Below are positions 17,297-26,039 of a stretch of 61,523 nucleotides of DNA, one piece after another. Within the stretch, counting starts at the first letter, position 1. The number at the start of each line of letters is the position of its first letter. The translations under genes and the position numbers were made by a program. The notes below the pieces were generated by a model. The model ran no database searches and was not told the origin of the DNA. It worked only from the letters and a program-made list of their open reading frames with translations. Source of the DNA: a virus (Duplodnaviria; Caudoviricetes); the IMG/VR virus record IMGVR_UViG_3300043548_000080, positions 1 to 61,523 of that record; one strand, 5' to 3'.

Positions 17297-18214
17297 TCAC
17301 AGATTCATATAGGCTTCTATGAATGTTTGCGCGACTTGCGGGACGATGGCATTACCGTAGGCGCGCAATCGTCCCACTTTGGCGGGAGCCCCATGAGCCA
17401 GCGGGAATGTGCCGGGTTCAACTGGCCTCCACTTTCCATCCCGGCAGAAGAGCCAGTCAGCATCTCGCCAGTGGTCGTTAGTCGGGCCGGGATTGGTTTT
17501 GCGTAGTCCACCAACGCTTCGGTCAGGTAACCTGTCTCCCGTCCGGTAGCTGCTCGACTCGGTCTCATATGCTTGCGATCGACTGTGTCCATCGTATTGG
17601 GCGCAGGCCAGCTTGATAGTTTCGCCGCTCCAGGTAACTTCAACGAAATCTTGTTTGTTCCGTCCAGATTCTTGCCGCTGTAGCAGTGTGTACTCCCGTG
17701 TTGATCGTTTGTGATCGCAGTGGGCCACCCAGTAAAGTCGTTGTCTGATATGCGGGGCACCGACGCCCGCAGCGCACAGATCTGCCGCTGCGCTGGAGTA
17801 GTTCGCTCCTTCCAAGTCAGCTTGTACAGAGTCGAGCCAAGATAAGCCGTCTTTGCTCGCAACCTGTTCGCCAAAGACAACTGAAGGCTTGCAGGCTGCA
17901 ATGAGTCTGAACATTTCAGGCCAGAGATGTCGTTCGTCATCAAATCCTTTTCCTTTTCCTGCACTGCTAAACGGTTGACAAGGACAGCTCCCTGTCCATA
18001 CTTCTCTGTCATCAGACCAACCTGCTTGTCGTAAAGCATAACTCCAAACTCCAATTCCACCGAAGAAATGACATTGCTTGTAGCCTTTCAAGTCTTCTGG
18101 TTGAACATCAACAATTGATCGTGTGTCTACATCTCCTTTTGCAATGTGTCCTGCCTCAATTAGATTACGCAGCCATTGAGCAGCGTAGGCATCAATCTCG
18201 TTGTAGTAAACCAT
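17297..18214 (-). CDS. C5-cytosine DNA methyltransferase, alpha polypeptide (motifs I-VIII and X)
   Basis: FFGGIG (I), GSCPCQPFS (IV), EQV (VI), PHIRQRLY (VIII), RLRAYGNAI (X); motif IX absent from this frame. Confidence 0.88.
   Translation of the reverse strand: MVYYNEIDAYAAQWLRNLIEAGHIAKGDVDTRSIVDVQPEDLKGYKQCHFFGGIGVWSYALRQAGWSDDREVWTGSCPCQPFSSAGKGKGFDDERHLWPEMFRLIAACKPSVVFGEQVASKDGLSWLDSVQADLEGANYSSAAADLCAAGVGAPHIRQRLYWVAHCDHKRSTREYTLLQRQESGRNKQDFVEVTWSGETIKLACAQYDGHSRSQAYETESSSYRTGDRLPDRSVGGLRKTNPGPTNDHWRDADWLFCRDGKWRPVEPGTFPLAHGAPAKVGRLRAYGNAIVPQVAQTFIEAYMNL
17317..17940 (-). CDS. C5 methyltransferase beta polypeptide, nested in an alternative frame (carries motif IX)
   Basis: Open 207-codon frame with AGGAAAAGGA RBS before ATG 17940; WPT/WPA repeats and [17 protein letters not shown]. 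Confidence 0.72.
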   Translation of the reverse strand: MTNDISGLKCSDSLQPASLQLSLANRLRAKTAYLGSTLYKLTWKERTTPAQRQICALRASVPRISDNDFTGWPTAITNDQHGSTHCYSGKNLDGTNKISLKLPGAAKLSSWPAPNTMDTVDRKHMRPSRAATGRETGYLTEALVDYAKPIPARLTTTGEMLTGSSAGMESGGQLNPAHSRWLMGLPPKWDDCAPTVMPSSRKSRKHS

Positions 18215-18296
18215 GATTAGCTATTGTCATCTGTCTTTCAGATAAATGCAATGTATCCGCAAAGCAGATACACCGCAAGTATCTGTGTCTACATGT

Positions 18297-18671
18297 TTAG
18301 CGATTGTCACCACTTCCCTGAATCACGTTTCGTTGCTTCCTATCCTCCAGCTTGTTGATGTTCATTTGAGCGATGTCTTCCAACTTCCAGTAGTAGTTGC
18401 TGGCAATACCTGCAACAAACCACAGGATATCACCTAGTTCCTTCTTCAATGCTTCCTGCCTATTCTCCCATGAGAACATGTCAACAGACGTTGGATTGTC
18501 TCTGACATATTTAGCCTGCACACCACAGAGTTCACCTACCTCAGCAGCAATGCCTGGAAAGAGATAGGAAGATTCTTTAGCTGTGGGCAGTGCATAGCTC
18601 CATGCTTTTTCTTGATAGTCATTCAACGTCTTGATACCAACTCCTGCAGTAGAAGTAGTTTCCGTATTCAT
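18297..18671 (-). CDS. mazG: MazG-like nucleotide pyrophosphohydrolase (start uncertain)
   Basis: AEVGEL, KKELGDILWFV, NINKLEDRKQRNVIQGSGDNR. Confidence 0.82.
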   Translation of the reverse strand: MNTETTSTAGVGIKTLNDYQEKAWSYALPTAKESSYLFPGIAAEVGELCGVQAKYVRDNPTSVDMFSWENRQEALKKELGDILWFVAGIASNYYWKLEDIAQMNINKLEDRKQRNVIQGSGDNR

Positions 18672-18798
18672 CGATGAGCCTTTCTGGATATCCATTGTCA
18701 ATGAGCCATTGTCTGAAATCAACAACGGTCTCTGGGATTGGTTTAGGGAAGCCATATTTCCATCCTTGTGGTGGATCAACAAACTTGATTCGTACCAT
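18619..18798 (-). CDS. Hypothetical small protein
   Basis: 59 aa, VDPPQGWKYGFPK..WLIDNGYP; GGGAG RBS. Confidence 0.6.
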   Translation of the reverse strand: MVRIKFVDPPQGWKYGFPKPIPETVVDFRQWLIDNGYPERLIDEYGNYFYCRSWYQDVE

Positions 18799-19435
18799 AG
18801 TAGCTCCCGTCAGGCATTTCAAATAAGGAAGGAAGCAATTCAGAAACAATCTTCTTACATTGCTGAGCCACTTCCCTATGTTCCTTTTGAGTAGCGTCGT
18901 CACAGCGTACATCAATGTAGTGCAGCCAGCTACGCACAGTACCATTGACATACATTCGGGACATCGTCAACCCTTCAGGCAACACCTTCCTAGCCACCTC
19001 TTTTGCAATGCCCATGTGTAGGGCATGTTCATACACATTCTTAGCCTGCTTCCAGGTCTTCTGTTGCTGCTCTTCCCACCAACGCTGCACTTCCCTGTCT
19101 TCAGTGGGTAGGCTGTTCTGCCTATTTTTGTTGTCTTGCATCCTAGCCTCGCTGATGTCATGGTCTCCCACAACAGCATAACGCTGGCTAAATTCTTGGA
19201 AGCTAAAGCTTCGGTGCCGCAGGATTTGTCGAGCAATGTCCCGAGTTGTTTCAATCTCGATGCAGACATTGCCCATTTCAAACACAGACCAATGCTTGTG
19301 CTTCATGCAATAGCGAAGAAGCTTTGGTGCTGTCCCGTCATTGTGCTGGTTAGCAGGATTGCTGACACGGGCACAATAGGCAATGACGCTTTCAAGATTC
19401 GGTGTTGCCCAGATGAGTGTAGCTTTTGACGGCAT
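18776..19435 (-). CDS. thyX: FAD-dependent thymidylate synthase
   Basis: HWSVFE, QILRHRSFSFQEFSQRY (RHRx7S), ARKVLP, TQKEHR. Confidence 0.93.
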   Translation of the reverse strand: MPSKATLIWATPNLESVIAYCARVSNPANQHNDGTAPKLLRYCMKHKHWSVFEMGNVCIEIETTRDIARQILRHRSFSFQEFSQRYAVVGDHDISEARMQDNKNRQNSLPTEDREVQRWWEEQQQKTWKQAKNVYEHALHMGIAKEVARKVLPEGLTMSRMYVNGTVRSWLHYIDVRCDDATQKEHREVAQQCKKIVSELLPSLFEMPDGSYYGTNQVC

Positions 19436-19769
19436 CTTTCTGTTCCTGAAGATAGTTGTTGATGGCTGAGTAGATGGAAGCTTCAAAAACTTTCTGAGCT
19501 GTTTCGTTGTCCATGTGGACTACCAGAGTTTCTTCGTCCTTACCATCAGCAACATCTTGGAAGAACTTCTCAGCTTCTGATGGCACCATATAGTATTTCA
19601 GCACTGCCTCAATGCCTATACGGGTGTTGAAGGTGGCGTTCTGGTCTTCAGGATGTTTATCATCAAAGCTTGGGCTTTGTTCTTCTTGCCACAGGTTTTT
19701 GTACTCCTTCTGCAGAAACGACATAATGAAGATTTCTGCTGTTTCCTCGTCCAGTTCTAGCGTGTACAT
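19392..19769 (-). CDS. Hypothetical acidic protein
   Basis: ORF from MYTLELDEE with AAGGA RBS. Confidence 0.55.
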   Translation of the reverse strand: MYTLELDEETAEIFIMSFLQKEYKNLWQEEQSPSFDDKHPEDQNATFNTRIGIEAVLKYYMVPSEAEKFFQDVADGKDEETLVVHMDNETAQKVFEASIYSAINNYLQEQKDAVKSYTHLGNTES

Positions 19770-20136
19770 TTCGTTCCTTTCGTTCCTTTGCTGTCTTCTC
19801 TTTATGACAGACCTTACACAAAACTTGTAGACCATCCTTCTCACAGAACAGACGCTCTACAAACCTATCCCAACTGACAAATCCCTCTGTAGTATGCACC
19901 ACTGGTTCAATGTGGTCAACAGCCACAAGCTTTGCAGGGAATTGTTCTGAGCAATGAGCACACTTGTAATGCTGTGCCAGCTTTCCTGTTTCCTTGTTGA
20001 TGTAGCGCCCTACACAGGCTTCCTTCAGCACCTGATATTTCACAGGCCAGCGTCTGGAAGCGCTGCGTAGAGCGCTGACAACAAAGCTTCTAAACCTTGC
20101 TTCTGTCCAGGTTCCTCCGTTGTACTCACCAGCCAT
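19663..20136 (-). CDS. HNH-family endonuclease
   Basis: YKCAHC..VDHIEPVV..LQVLCKVCHKEKT. Confidence 0.75.
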   Translation of the reverse strand: MAGEYNGGTWTEARFRSFVVSALRSASRRWPVKYQVLKEACVGRYINKETGKLAQHYKCAHCSEQFPAKLVAVDHIEPVVHTTEGFVSWDRFVERLFCEKDGLQVLCKVCHKEKTAKERKERNVHARTGRGNSRNLHYVVSAEGVQKPVARRTKPKL

Positions 20137-20524
20137 GTGGGTCTGAATGTTTCTGAATTTTTGTAGTTTCCCAATCAGAGGAGCTGCTGTAGAAACCTTT
20201 TCCACTGTAGCTGTACTCTTCTGTATTCCCCTTCTCCAGATTGATGTCCATCTGAATGAGGAACATCAACGATGACATAGCATGTGCCAGATGGTGCAGC
20301 CCTGATTCTTGGTCGCGCTCCTCGCCGCCAAACCATTGCCACATATGGCGATTGGCTGCATCGAAATATCGTTGTCGTCCGTTCTCAAGTTTCTCCCAAT
20401 TATCAGGACTGTACTTTTTAGCCCCATAGGTGAGAACAGCTACCATTTCTAACAAGGCATCAGTCTTCATCAAAGAAAACTGAGGCTTGCCTTCGTCATA
20501 CTTCACACCGTCGGTGGAGTCCAT
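20126..20524 (-). CDS. dATP/dGTP diphosphohydrolase domain protein (DUF5664-like)
   Basis: GVKYDEGKPQFSL, LTYGAKKYSPDNW, DQESGLHHLAHA. Confidence 0.8.
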   Translation of the reverse strand: MDSTDGVKYDEGKPQFSLMKTDALLEMVAVLTYGAKKYSPDNWEKLENGRQRYFDAANRHMWQWFGGEERDQESGLHHLAHAMSSLMFLIQMDINLEKGNTEEYSYSGKGFYSSSSDWETTKIQKHSDPHGW

Positions 20525-21192
20525 AGTTCCTTTTCCTTTCTTCTTAGCCATAGAAGCTGACCATTCTCAATGACACGTTCTTCATTGCCTTCATAAGCTT
20601 CGATACACGCCTCATACATCTGTCTCTCTGTGGTGCATTCCTCAAGCAGCTTAGCAGCCTTTACAGGCCCTATGCCATGAAGACCAATGATGTTGTCAAC
20701 AGCATCTCCTGTCAAGATTTGCTTGTAGAAGCTTCTCAGCCCATCAAAGGGTTCTATGAAATAGTGCTCTCGTTTAACAGGATTGAAGATGTGACAAGGC
20801 ACTTGCATGAAGTCTTTGTCGATGGAGATGATGCAGCACTGGTGATTTAGCTTAGTAGCCTCAATAGCAATGGCGTCGTCGGCTTCCTCTCCCTTAGACA
20901 ATACAGCCTTCCATTCCTTCAACAGATGTTGCCGCACCACAGGCAGATGCTTAGGCTTTGGCTGGGTTCTGTTGCCCTTGTAGACGGCTGTCTTGGCTAG
21001 GGTGTTTCTGAAGTTGGCAGGCCCTGTCAAATATATTTGCCAAGAGTCATACCACCTATCATAGGTATCACACGATAACAATGCCATCGTTATGATGCTG
21101 TCGATGGTGTAACGTGCCATAGAAGCTGAATCGTCTTTGCAGGCGAATGCAGCCCTATAGCACATCGGATCTCCGTCGATGAGCGCCTTCAC
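20503..21192 (-). CDS. 5'-3' exonuclease (T7 gp6-like)
   Basis: LIDGD, NFR..YKGNR, EADD, SIDKD, LTGDAVDNIIGLHGIGPVKA. Confidence 0.88.
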   Translation of the reverse strand: MKALIDGDPMCYRAAFACKDDSASMARYTIDSIITMALLSCDTYDRWYDSWQIYLTGPANFRNTLAKTAVYKGNRTQPKPKHLPVVRQHLLKEWKAVLSKGEEADDAIAIEATKLNHQCCIISIDKDFMQVPCHIFNPVKREHYFIEPFDGLRSFYKQILTGDAVDNIIGLHGIGPVKAAKLLEECTTERQMYEACIEAYEGNEERVIENGQLLWLRRKEKELWTPPTV

Positions 21193-21350
21193 TCCACTTC
21201 CCTCACCAGCTTTGCATCATCGATGACAAGCCTCTGTTGCTGCTCAACCTGCTGCACGATGTAGCCAGCAAGATGATGCTGACCAATGACGCGCAGAGCC
21301 TGGACAACAACAGAGACGTCACCTTCTGACGGCAGCTTGATGGAGATCAT
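21189..21350 (-). CDS. Hypothetical small protein (53 aa)
   Basis: MISIKLPSEGDV...; start and stop overlap both neighbours. Confidence 0.5.
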   Translation of the reverse strand: MISIKLPSEGDVSVVVQALRVIGQHHLAGYIVQQVEQQQRLVIDDAKLVREVE

Positions 21351-21757
21351 CAGAGCACTTCGTCGTCGTTCAATGTCACCTTTCCACCAACACCACCCTT
21401 GGTGAATTCGACATGCTCAGTGACAACCATCTTCTTCAACGAAGGAGAGATGCCCTTCTTGTTCTTGTACTTCCACTCATAGCAAGACACAACAGCTTTA
21501 GCCTTGCTGCCATTGCCGATGTCCTCATTGATTTCATCGCCGTCAGTGTCATACACCTTGATGGGCTTGTTAGACTTGCAGGTGATGTATTTGCCAAGTT
21601 CGTCCTTTTCCTTGACATCAATACCCATCTCTTCCAGTGCTTGAACAGCAGCGTCAGAGAGTTGGCAAAGATCGATTTGATACTTGCCGCTCATGTCGTT
21701 GACTTTGTTGTGTTGGCACCAGAACAGGGTTGCCTTCAGTTTCACAGCTTGATCCAT
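21350..21757 (-). CDS. Single-stranded DNA-binding protein (gp2.5-like)
   Basis: GKYQIDL, IGNGSKAK, acidic C-terminus; next to polymerase. Confidence 0.65.
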   Translation of the reverse strand: MDQAVKLKATLFWCQHNKVNDMSGKYQIDLCQLSDAAVQALEEMGIDVKEKDELGKYITCKSNKPIKVYDTDGDEINEDIGNGSKAKAVVSCYEWKYKNKKGISPSLKKMVVTEHVEFTKGGVGGKVTLNDDEVL

Positions 21758-21807
21758 GTTTCTTCCTTCAATGTGCTACAGAATTGAACACGCTGTAGCT
21801 TCGTGTG

Positions 21808-23622
21808 TTAGTGACATTCCTTCCAGTTGCTGCCGGTCTTACCTTCAGCATCCACCCTACAACGGAACTTCAGAGCCTCACCAGCCTTCGCTGCTGCCTG
21901 CTCCACCAATCGAGCAGATTCCTCGGATTGTTGAGGAAGAACACTCCATTGTGTTTCGTCGTGAACGAAGGCAATGAGTTTAGCATCAATGTTGTTGTCC
22001 TTCAATAGCTGTATAGATTCTACAAGCCACTGCTTGGCGATGATGGCACCAGCAGATTGAAGCAGCGTGTTGAGAGCAGCGTGCTCGCTTCTAACCCATA
22101 CACGCCTGCCATCGAGTCCAGGCAGATGTCCTTTCTTTACGAACTTCGACAGCTTCTTCTTCAACTCAGCCAGACCGGGCGTGTTGTTGATGAAGTTGTC
22201 AATGAGCCTCTTACCCTTGGTTGAAGAACCTCCGACGATGGAGCCAGCCTTCTCGGCACCGGCACCATACAAGACACCATAGGTCAGCGTCTTCGTCATG
22301 TTCCGCACCTTCTTATGCTCGGCACTGTCCTCCTTCACTGTGCCCCTAGGAACCAGCCCAAAGGCTTGTGCATTCATCCAATGCACATCGCCTGTTAGCA
22401 GAGTGTTCGTCCATTCTTCGTCGTTCAGATAGTGAGCAAGGCAGCGTAGCTCGATGCCGCTAAGATCAACACCAACCTGCTTCCTTCCCTGACCTGGATG
22501 CCATACCTCTCTGCATTCATTGCCATAAGGCGCAGACACGTTAGGAACCTGTCCCAAATTGGGGCTGTTGTGTGTAGCCCTACCTGTTACAGCACCACAG
22601 GCAATGATGCGTCCGTAGACAACACCGTTCTTTTCCTTCTCCATCCAACTGCTCACCTGTGCCACACGCTTCTGCAGCATTAGGTATTCGTTGAGCAGTT
22701 TAGCCTCTGGCTTGTCAATGTCAGAGAGGATGTCTTCATTGATGGAGATAGATCCCTTCTCCGTTGTCTCAGTGAACTGGACACCAAGGCTCTGTAGGCG
22801 TTCTGCAATCTGCTGTCTGCTTCCGGGATTAAACGGAATAACCTTCACCTTCATCGGCCCAGGCATTGCTTCCTGTATTAGCTTAGATGGCTTAGCAATA
22901 CCGGATGTCTTGAGCAGTTCAAGCAGAGCACCTTTGGTGTCTGCTTTGTATTCCTTCCAATCATCGGCAACAACCTCCCAATACTGAGGGGTCTTAGTTT
23001 CTTCTATGGTTGGTGGAAAAACTTCTTGAAGCTTATTTTCAATGTCAGCCATCTTACCTGACAACGTAGCCAGAAGAGTCTGGCATTTAGGGACATCGAG
23101 CGGATAGCCATTGTCCATCATCCTTTTGCAAATGTGAGAAACCTTGTGCTCCAGTTCAATGCTATAGGCACTGAAGCCCATAGCATTCATCTCCTGCGTC
23201 AGATGTTGATACAGCTTCTCCAGCAGCAATACATCCTGAATGCAATAGTCTTCCATCTCCTGTGACCAGCCTGTGTCGAAGGCATCGAAGTCTCCTTTGT
23301 GGTCACCAAACCGAATGCCCCAGCTACGCAGGCTGTGCTTACCTGCCTTTGGGTCTTCCTCTGGAGGAGCAAGCTCAGGGTTGTACAGACGGGACATCAC
23401 CAGCGTATCTACCTGCATATGCTCAGGGATATACACCTTCCATACCTTGGCTAGGACATCGAAGTCAAACTCAATGCCGTTGTGAGCAACAACCTGATGC
23501 TCATCCAGATATTGCTGTAGCCCTGTCCTGTCACGCCATGCTTTCACCTCATCATCTTTCTTGGTGACAACAAGCCAGATGGTGTCATGGGCTAGGTTGG
23601 TTTCGATGTCCAAGAAAATCAC
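21808..23622 (-). CDS. Family A DNA polymerase (T7-like) with 3'-5' exonuclease
   Basis: LDIET, HNGIEFD, YCIQD exonuclease motifs; DLSGIELR (A), KTLTYGVLYG (B), FVHDE (C). Confidence 0.93.
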   Translation of the reverse strand: MIFLDIETNLAHDTIWLVVTKKDDEVKAWRDRTGLQQYLDEHQVVAHNGIEFDFDVLAKVWKVYIPEHMQVDTLVMSRLYNPELAPPEEDPKAGKHSLRSWGIRFGDHKGDFDAFDTGWSQEMEDYCIQDVLLLEKLYQHLTQEMNAMGFSAYSIELEHKVSHICKRMMDNGYPLDVPKCQTLLATLSGKMADIENKLQEVFPPTIEETKTPQYWEVVADDWKEYKADTKGALLELLKTSGIAKPSKLIQEAMPGPMKVKVIPFNPGSRQQIAERLQSLGVQFTETTEKGSISINEDILSDIDKPEAKLLNEYLMLQKRVAQVSSWMEKEKNGVVYGRIIACGAVTGRATHNSPNLGQVPNVSAPYGNECREVWHPGQGRKQVGVDLSGIELRCLAHYLNDEEWTNTLLTGDVHWMNAQAFGLVPRGTVKEDSAEHKKVRNMTKTLTYGVLYGAGAEKAGSIVGGSSTKGKRLIDNFINNTPGLAELKKKLSKFVKKGHLPGLDGRRVWVRSEHAALNTLLQSAGAIIAKQWLVESIQLLKDNNIDAKLIAFVHDETQWSVLPQQSEESARLVEQAAAKAGEALKFRCRVDAEGKTGSNWKECH

Positions 23623-25223
23623 AGCACCACCTCTTCTTCCTCCACCTCATCGCACTGAAGCATTCTTCCTGATTGTTTGCTGTACAGCAAATAACAGGCC
23701 GGTCCTGTCTCGCCATTCCATCGATTCTTCAACACACGAAGCCGTGTCTTGTTGCGCTCCATTGGGTCATCAGCTTGTCCATTGCGTTCAAGACCAATCA
23801 CCATGTCGCTGAGTTGTGCAATGGCGGCGCTGCCGCGAAGCTGAGACAGGGATGTAGCCGCCCCTTCTTCGTGTCCCTTGCCATCAGGACGCTTCAGGTG
23901 TGACACCACAAACAAGCTGATGGTTGTTTCTTCAACCAACATACGAAGCTTGGTCATGATTTCGTCAATGGCTTTGCGTTCGTCTCCATTCTCCTGACTG
24001 CTGACAAGAATAGACAGATGGTCTAGGAAGATGTATTTGCAATTGAGAGCCTTTGCCATATACCGGACACGGTTGACAATGTTCTCAATGGCACCGGAGC
24101 CAAAATGCTGAAACAGATAGAGACGTCCTGTGCCAAGGGTGCGTTCAAAAGCATCCTTTCGTTCTTCTTTAGAGGCTTCTGTATCTGGTAGATGCAATGG
24201 CTTGTTAGCAGCCAGAGACATTAGAGACAAACCAGTCTTTCTGATTCCTTCTTCCATGAACAGGAATCCAAGATTGTCCTCAGTATTGCACAACACATGC
24301 CAAGCAATTTCACGCATAACCTGTGACTTACCCAAACCACTGCCAGCAGTGATGGTGACCAGTTCACCAGTGCGGATGCCGTTGGTGAGAGAGTTCAACC
24401 CATCCCAAGGATAGAGACACTGTGCAGGCTCTGGTGGTGTGGACACCAAGTCCCACAACGTTGTTCCTGCAATGATGCCGTCAGGAATGAATGGCTCAGC
24501 ACTCCACCACCTATGCACAAACACAGCCTCCTTGTTGGCTGCGGTGTAGTCACAGGCGTCCTTCATCTCAGGGTCGTGCTTGAACACCTTAGCTTTGTTA
24601 CCAAAGAGTTCTGCTACCTCCTTAGCTGCTTTCTTTCCAGGCTCATCATTGTCAAAGCAGATGACAATGGTTTCAAAACTGTCCAACCATTCATAGGCTG
24701 CACGGCAATCCTTCAGAGCACCAGCAGCGCCACTACGAATGCTGACACAAGGCCACTTACTTCCTGTTGCCTGGAACGCTGCCAATGCATCGAACTCACC
24801 CTCGGTGATGGTGACATACTTACCACCTGTGGTGTACAGGTGTTGACCAAACAACGTAGCCTTTCCAAACTCTCCTTCAGTGTGAAACTTCTTCTCTGCA
24901 ATGTTCCGCACCTTGGCAGCAACAAGGGCACCGTCCTTGTCGTGATAAGGGAAGAAGAAGTCTTTGTCGCTCTTGACGACACCATAGCGCTCTAGAGTGG
25001 CTCGGGTTAGACGCCTGTCTGAAACAGAGCAGGGTTCGTTGTCGTCAAAATGCTTAGAGACGTTGTTCACAGTTTTCCTTTTACGTTGCGGCTCTGGCGT
25101 TTCGCCGTTGCTGGGGGTGTAGTGGTTGCAGGAAAAACAGAAGCTACTGCCGTCCTCGTTGATGCTTCTGGCATCGCTGCTTCCACAGTTGTCACAGGAG
25201 ACATGAGTGCGGATAAACGACAT
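23619..25223 (-). CDS. Primase-helicase (T7 gp4-like)
   Basis: N-terminal Zn finger, TOPRIM EGEFD..FDNDEPG, AGSGLGKS, FLDHLS, LRGSAAIAQLSD, LKNR. Confidence 0.93.
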   Translation of the reverse strand: MSFIRTHVSCDNCGSSDARSINEDGSSFCFSCNHYTPSNGETPEPQRKRKTVNNVSKHFDDNEPCSVSDRRLTRATLERYGVVKSDKDFFFPYHDKDGALVAAKVRNIAEKKFHTEGEFGKATLFGQHLYTTGGKYVTITEGEFDALAAFQATGSKWPCVSIRSGAAGALKDCRAAYEWLDSFETIVICFDNDEPGKKAAKEVAELFGNKAKVFKHDPEMKDACDYTAANKEAVFVHRWWSAEPFIPDGIIAGTTLWDLVSTPPEPAQCLYPWDGLNSLTNGIRTGELVTITAGSGLGKSQVMREIAWHVLCNTEDNLGFLFMEEGIRKTGLSLMSLAANKPLHLPDTEASKEERKDAFERTLGTGRLYLFQHFGSGAIENIVNRVRYMAKALNCKYIFLDHLSILVSSQENGDERKAIDEIMTKLRMLVEETTISLFVVSHLKRPDGKGHEEGAATSLSQLRGSAAIAQLSDMVIGLERNGQADDPMERNKTRLRVLKNRWNGETGPACYLLYSKQSGRMLQCDEVEEEEVVL

Positions 25224-25336
25224 AGTTCTTCTCTAATCTCTTTTAGTTGGTTCTGAAGGTCTTGAATATCTTCAAAGCTTCTGTGTTTTCGTTCAGCGGC
25301 CAACTCAGCAGCCGTCTTTGTGTTGCTTGATAGCAT
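25067..25336 (-). CDS. Hypothetical protein overlapping the primase start
   Basis: ORF track; AAGGA upstream; long overlap lowers confidence. Confidence 0.35.
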   Translation of the reverse strand: MLSSNTKTAAELAAERKHRSFEDIQDLQNQLKEIREELCRLSALMSPVTTVEAAMPEASTRTAVASVFPATTTPPATAKRQSRNVKGKL

Positions 25337-25739
25337 CCTTCATCCTTTCGATGATGTGTTTAGACATATCCCATCCTGAGCGATGTTGCCACCACAGGGG
25401 TGTAGTGACACCTGATTTGTCTAGTAGATCACGACACTGTGCAATGACTTGCTTTTGTTCTTTGGTGTAGCGCTTTGAATAGTCTTTGTCCTGTTGTTCA
25501 ACAGCCTTCGATGCTTCCAACACAGCCTGTTCCATTTCATAACGGAACATCTCTGCTGCTGCAACAAAGCTTGCAGTGTCTGGTGTGACATCGTAGTTGT
25601 AACGTCTTCCACAATCGGTGTAGCAATAGGTGAGACGGAATGTCCCAGGCTTCATCAGGTCATTGTCATAACTGCGTTCAACGTTGAATGCAGGTATATA
25701 ACGCTTTCCTATTTTTTTGTACAGCACTTCGCCACTCAT
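25305..25739 (-). CDS. Hypothetical protein
   Basis: 144 aa, LYKKIGKRYIP N-terminus. Confidence 0.65.
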   Translation of the reverse strand: MSGEVLYKKIGKRYIPAFNVERSYDNDLMKPGTFRLTYCYTDCGRRYNYDVTPDTASFVAAAEMFRYEMEQAVLEASKAVEQQDKDYSKRYTKEQKQVIAQCRDLLDKSGVTTPLWWQHRSGWDMSKHIIERMKDAIKQHKDGC

Positions 25740-25844
25740 AGCAATGCCTCTCCAACATCAGACACTGAAACATACACAGATGTACGGACAGCAGGGTTGT
25801 GCTTCATCTCACCATCGCTGTCTTGATAGTAGAGAAAAGGCCAA

Positions 25845-26039
25845 TCAGCTTTCCTCTTCGTAGGGATAGAAGAGAGACTGAATGTCGGAGAGTTCTTTGT
25901 AGACGGCTTCATCAACATCCCCATACTTAAGCCTTGATCGAATGTATTCACGGATTTCCTCACAGGTTGATTGATACTTATGCCAGTTGAGCATGCCCTT
26001 GGCTTCCCATTCATCGTCACATTCAATCGACACTTTCAT
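25845..26039 (-). CDS. Hypothetical protein
   Basis: MKVSIECDDEW..IRSRLKY; 64 aa. Confidence 0.55.
   Translation of the reverse strand: MKVSIECDDEWEAKGMLNWHKYQSTCEEIREYIRSRLKYGDVDEAVYKELSDIQSLFYPYEEES

Noticed and set aside
20126-20524. 2-aminoadenine (Z) or 7-deazaguanine genome modification system
   Set aside because: No PurZ, or FolE/QueC/QueD/DpdA-like genes recognised anywhere in the genome
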